Made by a program: the position numbers and the translations under genes. Source: Tetramitus jugosus (taxonomy: Eukaryota; Protista; Heterolobosea). Taken from it: a stretch of 64,000 nt of DNA. The DNA is taken from assembly GCA_937625935.1 (NCBI GenBank), contig OW569388.1, forward strand, positions 62,001 to 126,000. The letters are read 5' to 3'. Below the pieces are notes generated by a model. That model ran no database searches. It was not told the origin of the DNA and was given only the letters and a program-made list of their open reading frames with translations. The number at the start of each line of letters is the position of its first letter. The first letter of the stretch is position 1. Of this stretch, positions 31,001 to 39,642 are shown one piece after another.

Positions 31001-34000
31001 GTGTGTGTAATGGGCGAGGGGCCTGTGTCGCGCCAGACATCTGTTCATGTTCTACCGGATATTCTCACCCCGATTGCTCTGATTACTCATGCTTCGATAT
31101 ACAGTATTCCATGAATAGTGTTTGCAGTGCCCATGGAGTTTGCACTTCGTTCAACAATTGCACATGTCATGCTCAGTATTATGGATTGGACTGTTCTGAT
31201 TACAAGTGTTATGACAACTTGGCCTCTGATATATCTCGAGTCTGTTCTGGTCATGGAGTGTGTGTCTCTCATGACAATTGTACCTGTTCGGATAGATACA
31301 ATGGTAATGACTGCTCTGAGTACGAATGTTATGGGGTCAGGGCAAAAAATGCCACTGTTTGCAGTGGTCATGGAGTGTGCAGTGGAATCGATCGGTGTAC
31401 TTGTGATCCAGATTACATATTCACTCTTGATTGTAGTAGGACTAGGTGTTTTGGGAAGTTTGACAATGACAGTGCGGTATGTAATGGAAGAGGCAGTTGT
31501 ACAGGGATCAACACCTGTTCCTGTATATCGGGATATGCAGGGTCTAATTGCGAGTTGCATGCTTGTTCGGGAATCGAATTCACCAGTTCTCATGTGTGCA
31601 GTGGGCACGGAAAGTGTTTGGGTCCCAATAACTGTTCCTGTTATCCTGGATACCAAGGCACAGATTGCTCAGTGTATTCATGCTTTGGTGTACAGTCAAC
31701 TGAACCTTCAGTTTGCAGTTCTAAAGGGGTTTGCATAGCCAACAATCTTTGTGCTTGCCTACCGGGATATGAAATAATGGAAAATTGCTCTAGAACAAAG
31801 TGCTTTGAAATATTGGATAATAGTTCATCAGTCTGCAGTGGTCAGGGAGATTGCATCGGATACAACAATTGTATTTGTGATTCTGGTTACTTGGGTGACA
31901 ATTGCTATACACACAAATGTCACAACGTTTTCAAAGATGATAAAGCAGTGTGTAGCGGTCATGGTTCATGTGTTTCTCCTGATCATTGTTTCTGTAGTCT
32001 TGGCTACTCAGGATACAACTGTTCTAAATACACTTGCTATGGTGTTGACTATAACAATGAATCGGTTTGTAGTAGTAATGGTGTTTGTGTATCTCCCGAT
32101 AACTGCCAGTGTTATCCAGGGAGACTGTTCTCGGACTGCTCGAGAACCACTTGTTTTGGACAACTTGACAACGAGACATCCGTGTGTTCTTCAAATGGAC
32201 GATGTACTTCGAAAGACCATTGCAACTGTAATTCAGGATTTGGAGGAGAACAATGTGCTTCTATTGCATGTTTTGGAGTCGTACTTACTGATCCATCTGT
32301 TTGCAGCGAACATGGTCAATGTACCGGACCAAACACTTGCAACTGTGACACTGGTTACTCTGGGATTGATTGCAGTAACTTTACCTGCTACAATTGGGAT
32401 AGATATGATGCTAATGTATGTAGGGGTCATGGTCGATGCTCCAATCTCAATAATTGCACTTGTAGATCTGGGTATCAATACGATTTTGATTGCCATCGAA
32501 CCAAATGCTATTCCATTTTCTCTAATGAGTCTCAAGTATGTTCAGGAAATGGATCATGTGTTGGACCAGATGAATGTGCATGTTATCCAGGATATGGAGG
32601 AGCTCAATGTGATCAACATACATGTCATGGAGTAGTGCATTCGAATCCGGGTGTGTGTTCCAGCCATGGCAGTTGTGTGGGTATTGACAAGTGTACATGT
32701 CAATCAGGCTACAGTGGATCCAATTGTTCAACATATGATTGTTTCGGACTAGATTCAACAGATGTTTCTGCTTGCTCCGGTCGTGGTCGTTGTGTATCTT
32801 CTCACAATTGTCAATGTCCTGTAGGATATCAGATTGAAAAAGATTGCCGCAGAACGACTTGTTTTGGAGCCCTGGACAATAGCTCTTCAGTTTGTTCTGG
32901 ACGAGGTCGTTGTATAGCACTAAACACTTGTCTATGTGACTCTGGATATTCAGGTGCGGCCTGTCAGGATACCGTTTGTTTCAATCGATCTTCGTCGGAT
33001 CCCAAGGCATGTGGCGGTCATGGTGTATGTGTTGCACCCAATGATTGTTCTTGTGAGGCAAATTATTTGGGAAATGATTGTTCGGATTATCAGTGCTTTG
33101 GAGTGCATCGTACGAGTTCGTCGGTATGCTCAGGTCATGGTGTGTGTACTGCAATCAACAAGTGCAAATGTGAACCTGGATATACATTGATAACATGTTC
33201 TCAACCTGTTTGCTATTCAATGTTGAGCACTAATCCATATGTTTGTTCCTCTCATGGCGTATGCAAGGGACCAGATACCTGTGTGTGTGATACTGGATAC
33301 TACAATGCTACCTGTCATTCTTACTCCTGTTTTGGTGTTTCAAGTTTGGACTCAATCAATGTTTGTAATGGACATGGTGATTGTCTTGCTCCAGATGTAT
33401 GCCATTGTGAATCTGGGTACTATGGATCAGATTGTCAAGTGACAAGTTGTTATGGGGTGAGCTCGAATTCCTCCAGCGTGTGTTCTGATCATGGTTCTTG
33501 TGTTTCGACAGACAATTGTCTCTGTGATGACGGATTCTATGGTAGTACATGTGAGTTATGGTCTTGTTTCTCAAAGGAATTATCTGATTTGAATGTTTGT
33601 AGTGGAATTGGAACTTGTGTAAAACCAAACACTTGCGCTTGTGACACTGGTTTTGGAGGAAATGAATGTCAATTCCCATTGTGCTACGGATACACGCGGA
33701 ATGAAACTCAAGTGTGCAACGGCAATGGGTACTGCGAATCTCCCAACTTTTGCGAATGTTCCAAAGATGCACTTGGTGTGGAGTGTGAAGTGAAAGTTTC
33801 AGATTTTGTAATGTCACCCGATGGAAATAAGATGACTGCTACTTTCAACTCAAAATTCAACAATGGCTATGAATTTGAGTGGGGAAGCAGAGATAATTGC
33901 AATTATATCCTCTCTAATGTATCGTTGTTGGGACATGATACTACATGCTCTATCCAAAATGAAACTTTGATCCTTGTCCTCGGGATATTCAGTTCTATTC

Positions 34001-37000
34001 AGTTGTATGACGTGCTCGAGGTCAGAATCTATCCTAAACTGCCACCAAACTCCTCGTTCCAATATCCAGCTCACATTTCCAAGAGCTTGCAAGACAAATT
34101 GATCACTCAAATCCAAGTTCAACCAAACAAAAGTCCAATTATTCCAACAGTCGTTCTATCTGTAGAATCTACGAACGTGTATGATTGTGCACCAGTGGAT
34201 CTTAGTGTACATGTGGAAATTTACTCGTTGAAAAGAACGAACATAGTTCTCTCGTCCAGACATTTTGATTCAGAGACCATGAATCACATGAATTACTATT
34301 TATCTCGAGTGTCTCTCAGTCCCGCGACCACTTCAGTTCACATTCCTTCATCCAGTTTCCTTATAAGCACCAAGAATAGGACAGCAGAATTCCATTTCAC
34401 ACTCTCAGTGAGATCCAATCTGGGTTATGAGTCAGAGTCTTCGATCACCATCCAATACACTCACTTACCTCTCCCAGTGTACAAGACGAAGAGAAACTTG
34501 ATTCTATCAAGGAGAAGCGACGATTATATGGTTGAGACAACACCTGCCCTCGCAACGACATGTGGGAATCCGAACCATTATCCAACCATATCTGAGTGGC
34601 TGCAGTTAAGCGGTGAGCCTATTGTCGGATTCAATTCAAAGGAAGATCGATTCAATTCCTCTTCTTTCCTATTACCTCCATTCTTCTTCCCCAAGGTAGA
34701 TGAATCATACCAATTAACGTTAAGGAGTGCTCTGAGAGATTTTCCATTTGTGAAATCCCAACTTGACATTTTTGTGAGAGTTGTATCACAAGAGTTGAAG
34801 GCTCTGATTGGGGGTGCTGATCGAGCAGAACCCATCTCGAGTGATGTTATTCTCAAGGCCATAGTGTCAGATCCGGATCTGTTAGATGATGCTCCAGATC
34901 ATTTTGAGTGGAGATGCTATGACACAAGAATGCTCTGTCCTGAAGATAGGCATGGTCTTACTCTTGTCATTCCTGCATTCAGTATGCTAGTTGGATACAA
35001 ATCATTCGACTTTAGATACATCAAGGGCAATAGAGAAACCACGGCATCCATTCAAATCAATGTTGTTGCGGCAGATTTTCCTATTGCTCGCATAGAAGGA
35101 GTTCCTTTGAATAATCGAATGAACAACTATGAAGGTTTGCAACTTCTTGCAGTTGTCGAGAATTATCCTTCGAGCAACGTGTACTTTCAATGGGAGGTGT
35201 ACCGCGGAGGATTATTGCTCAACAATAGCACCATGACTACTCCTTCCACCACTTTAGCATCACTGTCCATACGTCCAAACGTGATGACACCTTCAGCAAG
35301 GTACGGTTTCCGATTGACAGTATTCTTAAAACCCGACCTCGCACATCTGTCGTATTATGGTACTCCTGGAGTGGCCGAAGCAGAAATTCAAATCAATACT
35401 CAACCAAAAGACGGTCCATTTACTGTTACTCCTTCTGAGGGATATGCACTCTCAACAGTTTTCAAGCTCGATTGTATGGGTTGGCAGTCTGACACTCAAC
35501 CTTACTTCTTCTCTTTTTCATTTCTCGATGAAATCAATTACTCGTACAACAAGTCAAGAATGCTCTCAATGACTCCTACCCTGAGAGAACAATTGGATGT
35601 TATGTTACCTCAGCCGACCACTCGCGCAGATCATCGGCTATTCATTAAGGTTCGAGTGAGCGATCTCTATGGAGCAACCACAGAGCGAATCATTTCAGTG
35701 ATTGTAAAACCCCATCCAACGATAACGTACAACACTGCATTGAATTCGATTCTGGGTAATTTAACTTTGATAGAAAATGAGAAGCAAGAGGAGCAAGTGT
35801 TTGGTCGTGACTTGGCAGTCTTAACATTTGCTCTCAATCAAGTTGTATCAATCAATCAGTTGAACAGTAGTAACAACTGTACCAATGATTGTTATCAAAG
35901 TCTAGGGCAAGGTACATGCAATAATATAACAACAACATGCACATGCCATCAGGGATATCATGGGGACGACTGTTCATTGACCCCAGATGATGTCGAGAAC
36001 AGAAAGAATGTTCGATTGACCCTCCTTCAACAATATTCCAAATACTCGGAAGTACCCACAATGTCAACAGATCATTTGAATTTTAGATTGCAGACATTGT
36101 CATCCATCACTTCTAAAGTGAGTGAACTATCGATGGACATGGCCATCCTGGGTTCCAACTTTTTAAACAGTACATTGAGCATGAACACTGCCCCAATGAG
36201 TGAGACCCTGGTTAAAGAGACTGCCAATGTGATTAACAACTTGTTTTCAGTGTCTCTTTCTTCTATCGATTCTAGAGTATCTCCAATCGATTCCTATCAA
36301 TTAAGCGTCAAACAATTGACTTCAATCATGTCACTCAAAGAAACAACTGATGTTCTTCTGTCAAATGCTTTGGCCAATAAGGTACAGGGACAGGCAGAAA
36401 CTAAGTTGATCACCTCTAATCTGAAGGCTTGTATTTTCAAGGATTATGCAAGCTTACTAGATGGGAAAACAATATCTATTGTAAATGATGGTTCTTCCCC
36501 AATGTCTCCACCACAGACCCAACAAATCCTAACAATACCCAAGGGATTTGGAACAGAGATGATTTCAAAATTCAATTCCTCCACAGGTGAAAAAGAACCA
36601 ACAATTGGTCTTAGAATCGTGTCTCTGATTGTCAACCCACACGACACTCGATCCCATGCCAGATCCAGAAAAGATCGCATTTCCAGTGATTTATTGAGCA
36701 TTGTGTTTGAGGTGAACGGTGTAGCCACATCAATGACCAATCTAACCAATATGATTGAATTTATAGTACCCGGAACATACTCGTACAATGATGATCCATC
36801 CCTCCCATCTTCTTCTCGCACTGCACCTCTCTGCAAGTACTGGGATCATAGTAAGGGTGTTTGGAGTACCGAGGGAGTGGTCACTCTGAAATTCTCTCCA
36901 ACAAGTACATCATGCCTCACAAGTCACACGACAGATTTTGCAGTGTTTGTGGGGCAGTACATTCCACCGCCCCCACCTTCACCCAGCTCTCAAATACACT

Positions 37001-38028
37001 TGCCCAGTGACTTTGAACCATCGACTCTCGACCGACAAGCATGGAATGTGTTCCCATGGTGGTGGATCTTGGTTGCAGCACTTGTGTCTGGGTGCTTTGT
37101 CTTGGGATTAATGAGTGTGTTAGTGCTCGTAGTTGGCATCATGTCTCGGAAGAGATCTCACATTGAAGATGACTCGTATGAAGATGATGAAGAAGGTATG
37201 ACCTATGAAGACATGGAAGGGGATGAAGAAATCATGAGGAATCATCAACGACCACACAGTAACTGCAGTATGGAGAGTGCTCATGATGATGACATGTCGA
37301 GCGAAACACGAAGTCATTATCTGCACTTTATGTACTCGAGAGCCGACAGTAGGGCATCGGATCTATCGTTGATGGCAGCGCCATATTCAGAGCAGGTGGC
37401 TGATGGCAGAGAAAAGAGATATCAAATGACAGCGAAGAACAAGAATGAATCATCAGCCTTCTTTAACAAGAGTATGATGATGCATGAAGTAGAGTTTGAT
37501 TCCACTGTGATGAATCGAAGAAGGTCTGATGATGACGATGACGAGAATCATGACGAGAATCAGGATGGTGATGATGATGGAGCAACTCATTGGAAACACC
37601 ATGTAAACAATAACGACAACTCCCATGAGAGTTCAACTGAGAACCTCTTTGTCCGAATGGATAGCTTTACTAACTCTTTATACAACAACAATGACAGGTA
37701 CGGCAACCATCGTCTTGGGCAACTAAAGAAGAACCAAGTAGCTCCTCACATGGACGATGATGCAGACTCCACACTGATGGACGACGGTACAGACCTTTCA
37801 GGCCCCACACCACTTGTTATGGACAAGAGATATTCCACGAACAATAATTCAATCAAGGATGATGATTTAATGACCGAGGAGGAAGAGGAAAGTTCATCTC
37901 TCCGCCAACCGAACAAGGAAAGTCACCATGAAGCCCTTCAAATCCCCAGTTCACAGCAATTCCGAAACTTTGTTGTTCGTTATGTGGATGAAGAAGACGA
38001 GGACTCATTGCAGGAGGATGAGAAATAA
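28096..38028 (+). CDS. Giant type-I membrane protein (chain B): putative signal peptide, C-terminal part of a CADG, 7 CADG, 28 EGF-like repeats, PKD/REJ-like region, EGF, GAIN/GPS, single TM, acidic cytoplasmic tail; start inferred (alternative ATG 28063)
   Basis: LPxWLxF repeats to about 30460 and 39-aa VCSGHGxC repeats at 30463-33786. REJ-like motifs (LIGGADR, DPD..FEWRC, INTQPKDG.FTVTPSEGYALST.F). GPS CKYWD...W...CLTSHTTDFA at 36832-36951 and TM at 37057-37143. Confidence 0.85.
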   Translation: MGRSFIHINENSHKLPIQLSIIKISLIWLLVTTIVHFTNLGAQVVADNSTVPLDACFPLIYSASLADGRHLPAWLSFSSSDRTFSGVPSSSDIGQLMVRITAQDTHGASSITDFFLNVAAPGQSNEITDKVVTIPSTIELTIYAQSFPDLDNQTVVMNSSLADSSPLPPWLSFFPTNNTFLGAPSVSDAGEYLVRVRAQDQNNGVQLADFKILVNRRPVVLTPLGNHMVTANQRFQYTIQVPTFFQDPDDNSLMLYVSRTDGTPLPSWLSFSSNTFSGTPLLSDSGYLQIVVRASDGYVSVESIFSIFVNQPPYIMNRIPDRLINAGTTVQFVIPSNSFSDNDSPSLELHTQMNNGDVLPNWLTFFGNNQTFVAQPPNNIHGPFLVEVSAIDSFGASTSSSFVLTVNRPPVLNMSIPVLSVTIGGVVTYKIPSNTFYDPDGSSLTISIVQQDGSPLPSWLTFNPISNSFFGFPDTLDAGEWHLNVSATDGAAYVSTDLSLIVNRKPQINNLIPPQHVTIGSTFVYQIDDSIFVDPDNNTLTLTASKANLSPLPLWLLFFNSNNTFFGVPGVSDYGAVMIRVTASDNFSSIYVDFQLRVNRAPLLVNPVADQVVNVQHSLLYTVPFNTFFDSDNDVLFYSASLTNGSNLPSWLQFNPSTRRFTGFPLTEDVGNYNLLLTADDGMSQVTSSFNIQVNQGPVVINYPGAQIVVVGTRKEFNVHDVFLSLDGYSLDLTAGLNTGDILPIWISFDSSKSKFIFTPTVVSNPIVIKLRAADPYSSLSVLFSVISQCPIGYRGEACQTFDCYSILSTNSTVCSSRGNCTAPDTCTCSTGYAGSNCDRTGCFGVPWNVRGVCSGHGTCTGPNQCVCKNGWLNYDCSLTKCNGVLNTNSSVCSGVGACIAPNYCDCPLGYSGSKCQDYSCFEVSTHLSYVCAGNGQCDSPDVCVCKPGYYGLDCSFFDCFGVSQDNSSVCNGRGACVAPDICSCSTGYSHPDCSDYSCFDIQYSMNSVCSAHGVCTSFNNCTCHAQYYGLDCSDYKCYDNLASDISRVCSGHGVCVSHDNCTCSDRYNGNDCSEYECYGVRAKNATVCSGHGVCSGIDRCTCDPDYIFTLDCSRTRCFGKFDNDSAVCNGRGSCTGINTCSCISGYAGSNCELHACSGIEFTSSHVCSGHGKCLGPNNCSCYPGYQGTDCSVYSCFGVQSTEPSVCSSKGVCIANNLCACLPGYEIMENCSRTKCFEILDNSSSVCSGQGDCIGYNNCICDSGYLGDNCYTHKCHNVFKDDKAVCSGHGSCVSPDHCFCSLGYSGYNCSKYTCYGVDYNNESVCSSNGVCVSPDNCQCYPGRLFSDCSRTTCFGQLDNETSVCSSNGRCTSKDHCNCNSGFGGEQCASIACFGVVLTDPSVCSEHGQCTGPNTCNCDTGYSGIDCSNFTCYNWDRYDANVCRGHGRCSNLNNCTCRSGYQYDFDCHRTKCYSIFSNESQVCSGNGSCVGPDECACYPGYGGAQCDQHTCHGVVHSNPGVCSSHGSCVGIDKCTCQSGYSGSNCSTYDCFGLDSTDVSACSGRGRCVSSHNCQCPVGYQIEKDCRRTTCFGALDNSSSVCSGRGRCIALNTCLCDSGYSGAACQDTVCFNRSSSDPKACGGHGVCVAPNDCSCEANYLGNDCSDYQCFGVHRTSSSVCSGHGVCTAINKCKCEPGYTLITCSQPVCYSMLSTNPYVCSSHGVCKGPDTCVCDTGYYNATCHSYSCFGVSSLDSINVCNGHGDCLAPDVCHCESGYYGSDCQVTSCYGVSSNSSSVCSDHGSCVSTDNCLCDDGFYGSTCELWSCFSKELSDLNVCSGIGTCVKPNTCACDTGFGGNECQFPLCYGYTRNETQVCNGNGYCESPNFCECSKDALGVECEVKVSDFVMSPDGNKMTATFNSKFNNGYEFEWGSRDNCNYILSNVSLLGHDTTCSIQNETLILVLGIFSSIQLYDVLEVRIYPKLPPNSSFQYPAHISKSLQDKLITQIQVQPNKSPIIPTVVLSVESTNVYDCAPVDLSVHVEIYSLKRTNIVLSSRHFDSETMNHMNYYLSRVSLSPATTSVHIPSSSFLISTKNRTAEFHFTLSVRSNLGYESESSITIQYTHLPLPVYKTKRNLILSRRSDDYMVETTPALATTCGNPNHYPTISEWLQLSGEPIVGFNSKEDRFNSSSFLLPPFFFPKVDESYQLTLRSALRDFPFVKSQLDIFVRVVSQELKALIGGADRAEPISSDVILKAIVSDPDLLDDAPDHFEWRCYDTRMLCPEDRHGLTLVIPAFSMLVGYKSFDFRYIKGNRETTASIQINVVAADFPIARIEGVPLNNRMNNYEGLQLLAVVENYPSSNVYFQWEVYRGGLLLNNSTMTTPSTTLASLSIRPNVMTPSARYGFRLTVFLKPDLAHLSYYGTPGVAEAEIQINTQPKDGPFTVTPSEGYALSTVFKLDCMGWQSDTQPYFFSFSFLDEINYSYNKSRMLSMTPTLREQLDVMLPQPTTRADHRLFIKVRVSDLYGATTERIISVIVKPHPTITYNTALNSILGNLTLIENEKQEEQVFGRDLAVLTFALNQVVSINQLNSSNNCTNDCYQSLGQGTCNNITTTCTCHQGYHGDDCSLTPDDVENRKNVRLTLLQQYSKYSEVPTMSTDHLNFRLQTLSSITSKVSELSMDMAILGSNFLNSTLSMNTAPMSETLVKETANVINNLFSVSLSSIDSRVSPIDSYQLSVKQLTSIMSLKETTDVLLSNALANKVQGQAETKLITSNLKACIFKDYASLLDGKTISIVNDGSSPMSPPQTQQILTIPKGFGTEMISKFNSSTGEKEPTIGLRIVSLIVNPHDTRSHARSRKDRISSDLLSIVFEVNGVATSMTNLTNMIEFIVPGTYSYNDDPSLPSSSRTAPLCKYWDHSKGVWSTEGVVTLKFSPTSTSCLTSHTTDFAVFVGQYIPPPPPSPSSQIHLPSDFEPSTLDRQAWNVFPWWWILVAALVSGCFVLGLMSVLVLVVGIMSRKRSHIEDDSYEDDEEGMTYEDMEGDEEIMRNHQRPHSNCSMESAHDDDMSSETRSHYLHFMYSRADSRASDLSLMAAPYSEQVADGREKRYQMTAKNKNESSAFFNKSMMMHEVEFDSTVMNRRRSDDDDDENHDENQDGDDDGATHWKHHVNNNDNSHESSTENLFVRMDSFTNSLYNNNDRYGNHRLGQLKKNQVAPHMDDDADSTLMDDGTDLSGPTPLVMDKRYSTNNNSIKDDDLMTEEEEESSSLRQPNKESHHEALQIPSSQQFRNFVVRYVDEEDEDSLQEDEK
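30463..33786 (+). repeat. Array of 28 tenascin-type EGF-like repeats (about 117 nt / 39 aa), diverged at DNA level
   Basis: Counted 28 (V/A)CxxxGxC cores with C-x-C-x-x-G-Y-x-G-x-x-C spacing. Confidence 0.9.
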
Positions 38029-39173
38029 AGGTGTAACTTCTTCTATTCCAAACCTAATTGAATGACGTCAATCATGATCGATGAAATAATGAGCGATACA
38101 AGACTTGCACAATTCATGCCTAGATGTGCAAAACAACCGTAGCCTGAGTCCATTTTATTTTGTCAAACGATCGTTCGAACCAAAAAACCTCCCGTACAGG
38201 CGAAAAGCAAAATACGAAAATAGAACAGTGATAACGAGTATTTATCTATCTAAAATCAAGTTATGAGTTAAGACGATTAATATTTCATATTTACAAGCTA
38301 ATTAAACGTGTATTAAATTAACTTAAAATAAATATTTCGCATGTTGAGGATAATTTTTAATATTTACAATACAATTAAAATAAATGCTTTGTAGTAATTT
38401 GTTGTCCTCGGTCTCACTATCACCCTTTCCTTGACTCCAGTTCAGTTGACTGGCATGCTTGGAGAGGGAAATGTTGTCGCGACGAGGAGGGCAATTTGCA
38501 CCACAATATCGACCCCAAATTCACATGCGAATATTCGAAATCTTATAACCAGGTTTTGCAAATACTGTTGGCGCCTCAAGCCTTGAATTCACGCGATCTT
38601 CCACTCATAACAAACAGTGTTACACACGATGAACGATGATTTGATAACAGATATTAATTCGCTGCCATATATTGTTACAGTGTTCGACATCAGCAATGAC
38701 ATCAGCAATGAGTCATTCAATTGGTAAATCAATAGGTAAATAGGTGTTGACAAGAAAAAACATCATTCATCATTGTCACAATCAACATCCGTTGTATTTA
38801 CAATATCTACATGGAAGGCCAATAGCATCCATTGAAAGCCAAATAGCTCACGGACCTCCAGTTGCAATACACTCGGCCATCTGCGGTGCTGACTATAAAT
38901 TTTATGGAGACATAATCCGAACGATGTAACTCTTGTCCTCGCTTGAAATACTTGCCGCTCCATCTACCTCCAGTATCTTGACAGGGCTCGTAAGATCTTG
39001 TGGGATAGATTGCAGCCTGGGCAATTGAAACATGGCAATTGGAATTTATCTGGGATCTTGTCCATGGGAGCTATTAGCTCTGCATTTCAGAAGAATGCCT
39101 AATTGCGAAGAAGATGTGACAATGCGAACAGAACGCAGGAATGGTGAGAAGGTGCTGGTTCCGTACAAATGGT

Positions 39174-39539
39174 TCATATTTCAGACAGATCAAGAAACTC
39201 CATAGTTCTGTGACAATAGTATAATCGCTTGTAGTTAAATTGATTGTTAGCTGCTGTGTCTGCACTAGGCGACGCTGCCTTTTTTACATTCCTCCAATAT
39301 TCGAGCTGTTGCCTCATATTTGCAACGTCTTCCTGGAGTTGTTTAATTTTATCATCTTTCTGTTGCATCTCTACTGCATGCTTCTGTTTAAGTTCTGATC
39401 CAAGTGAATATGTGTCGTGCCTACTCTGTGACATTCGTTGAACGAGTTCAGTTAATCGAGAGTTCTCGTCTCTCAACTCATTGAGCTCCTCCTGTTCTCG
39501 TCTCTCAACTGTTGTTTGCTTCGAAATATCGGTACACAC
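39174..39539 (-). CDS. Possible small coiled-coil protein or exon; gene model unresolved
   Basis: Strong heptad stretch (EELNELRDENSRLTELVQ...KDDKIKQLQEDV), but no convincing ATG start or splice model. Confidence 0.4.
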   Translation of the reverse strand: MCTDISKQTTVERREQEELNELRDENSRLTELVQRMSQSRHDTYSLGSELKQKHAVEMQQKDDKIKQLQEDVANMRQQLEYWRNVKKAASPSADTAANNQFNYKRLYYCHRTMEFLDLSEI

Positions 39540-39642
39540 ATGGTTCAGTACTCACATCATCACTTGATCATTTTGCAAGATTCTTGAATTTAGGACTTTT
39601 TTCTCAGTTAGATTGTTGTGCAGTTGAACGACACTTTAATTT

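Noticed and set aside
30779-33817. Several 100-276 aa alternative-frame and antisense ORFs within the EGF array
   Set aside because: Shadow ORFs produced by TGT/GGT-rich repetitive codons; no domain signal.
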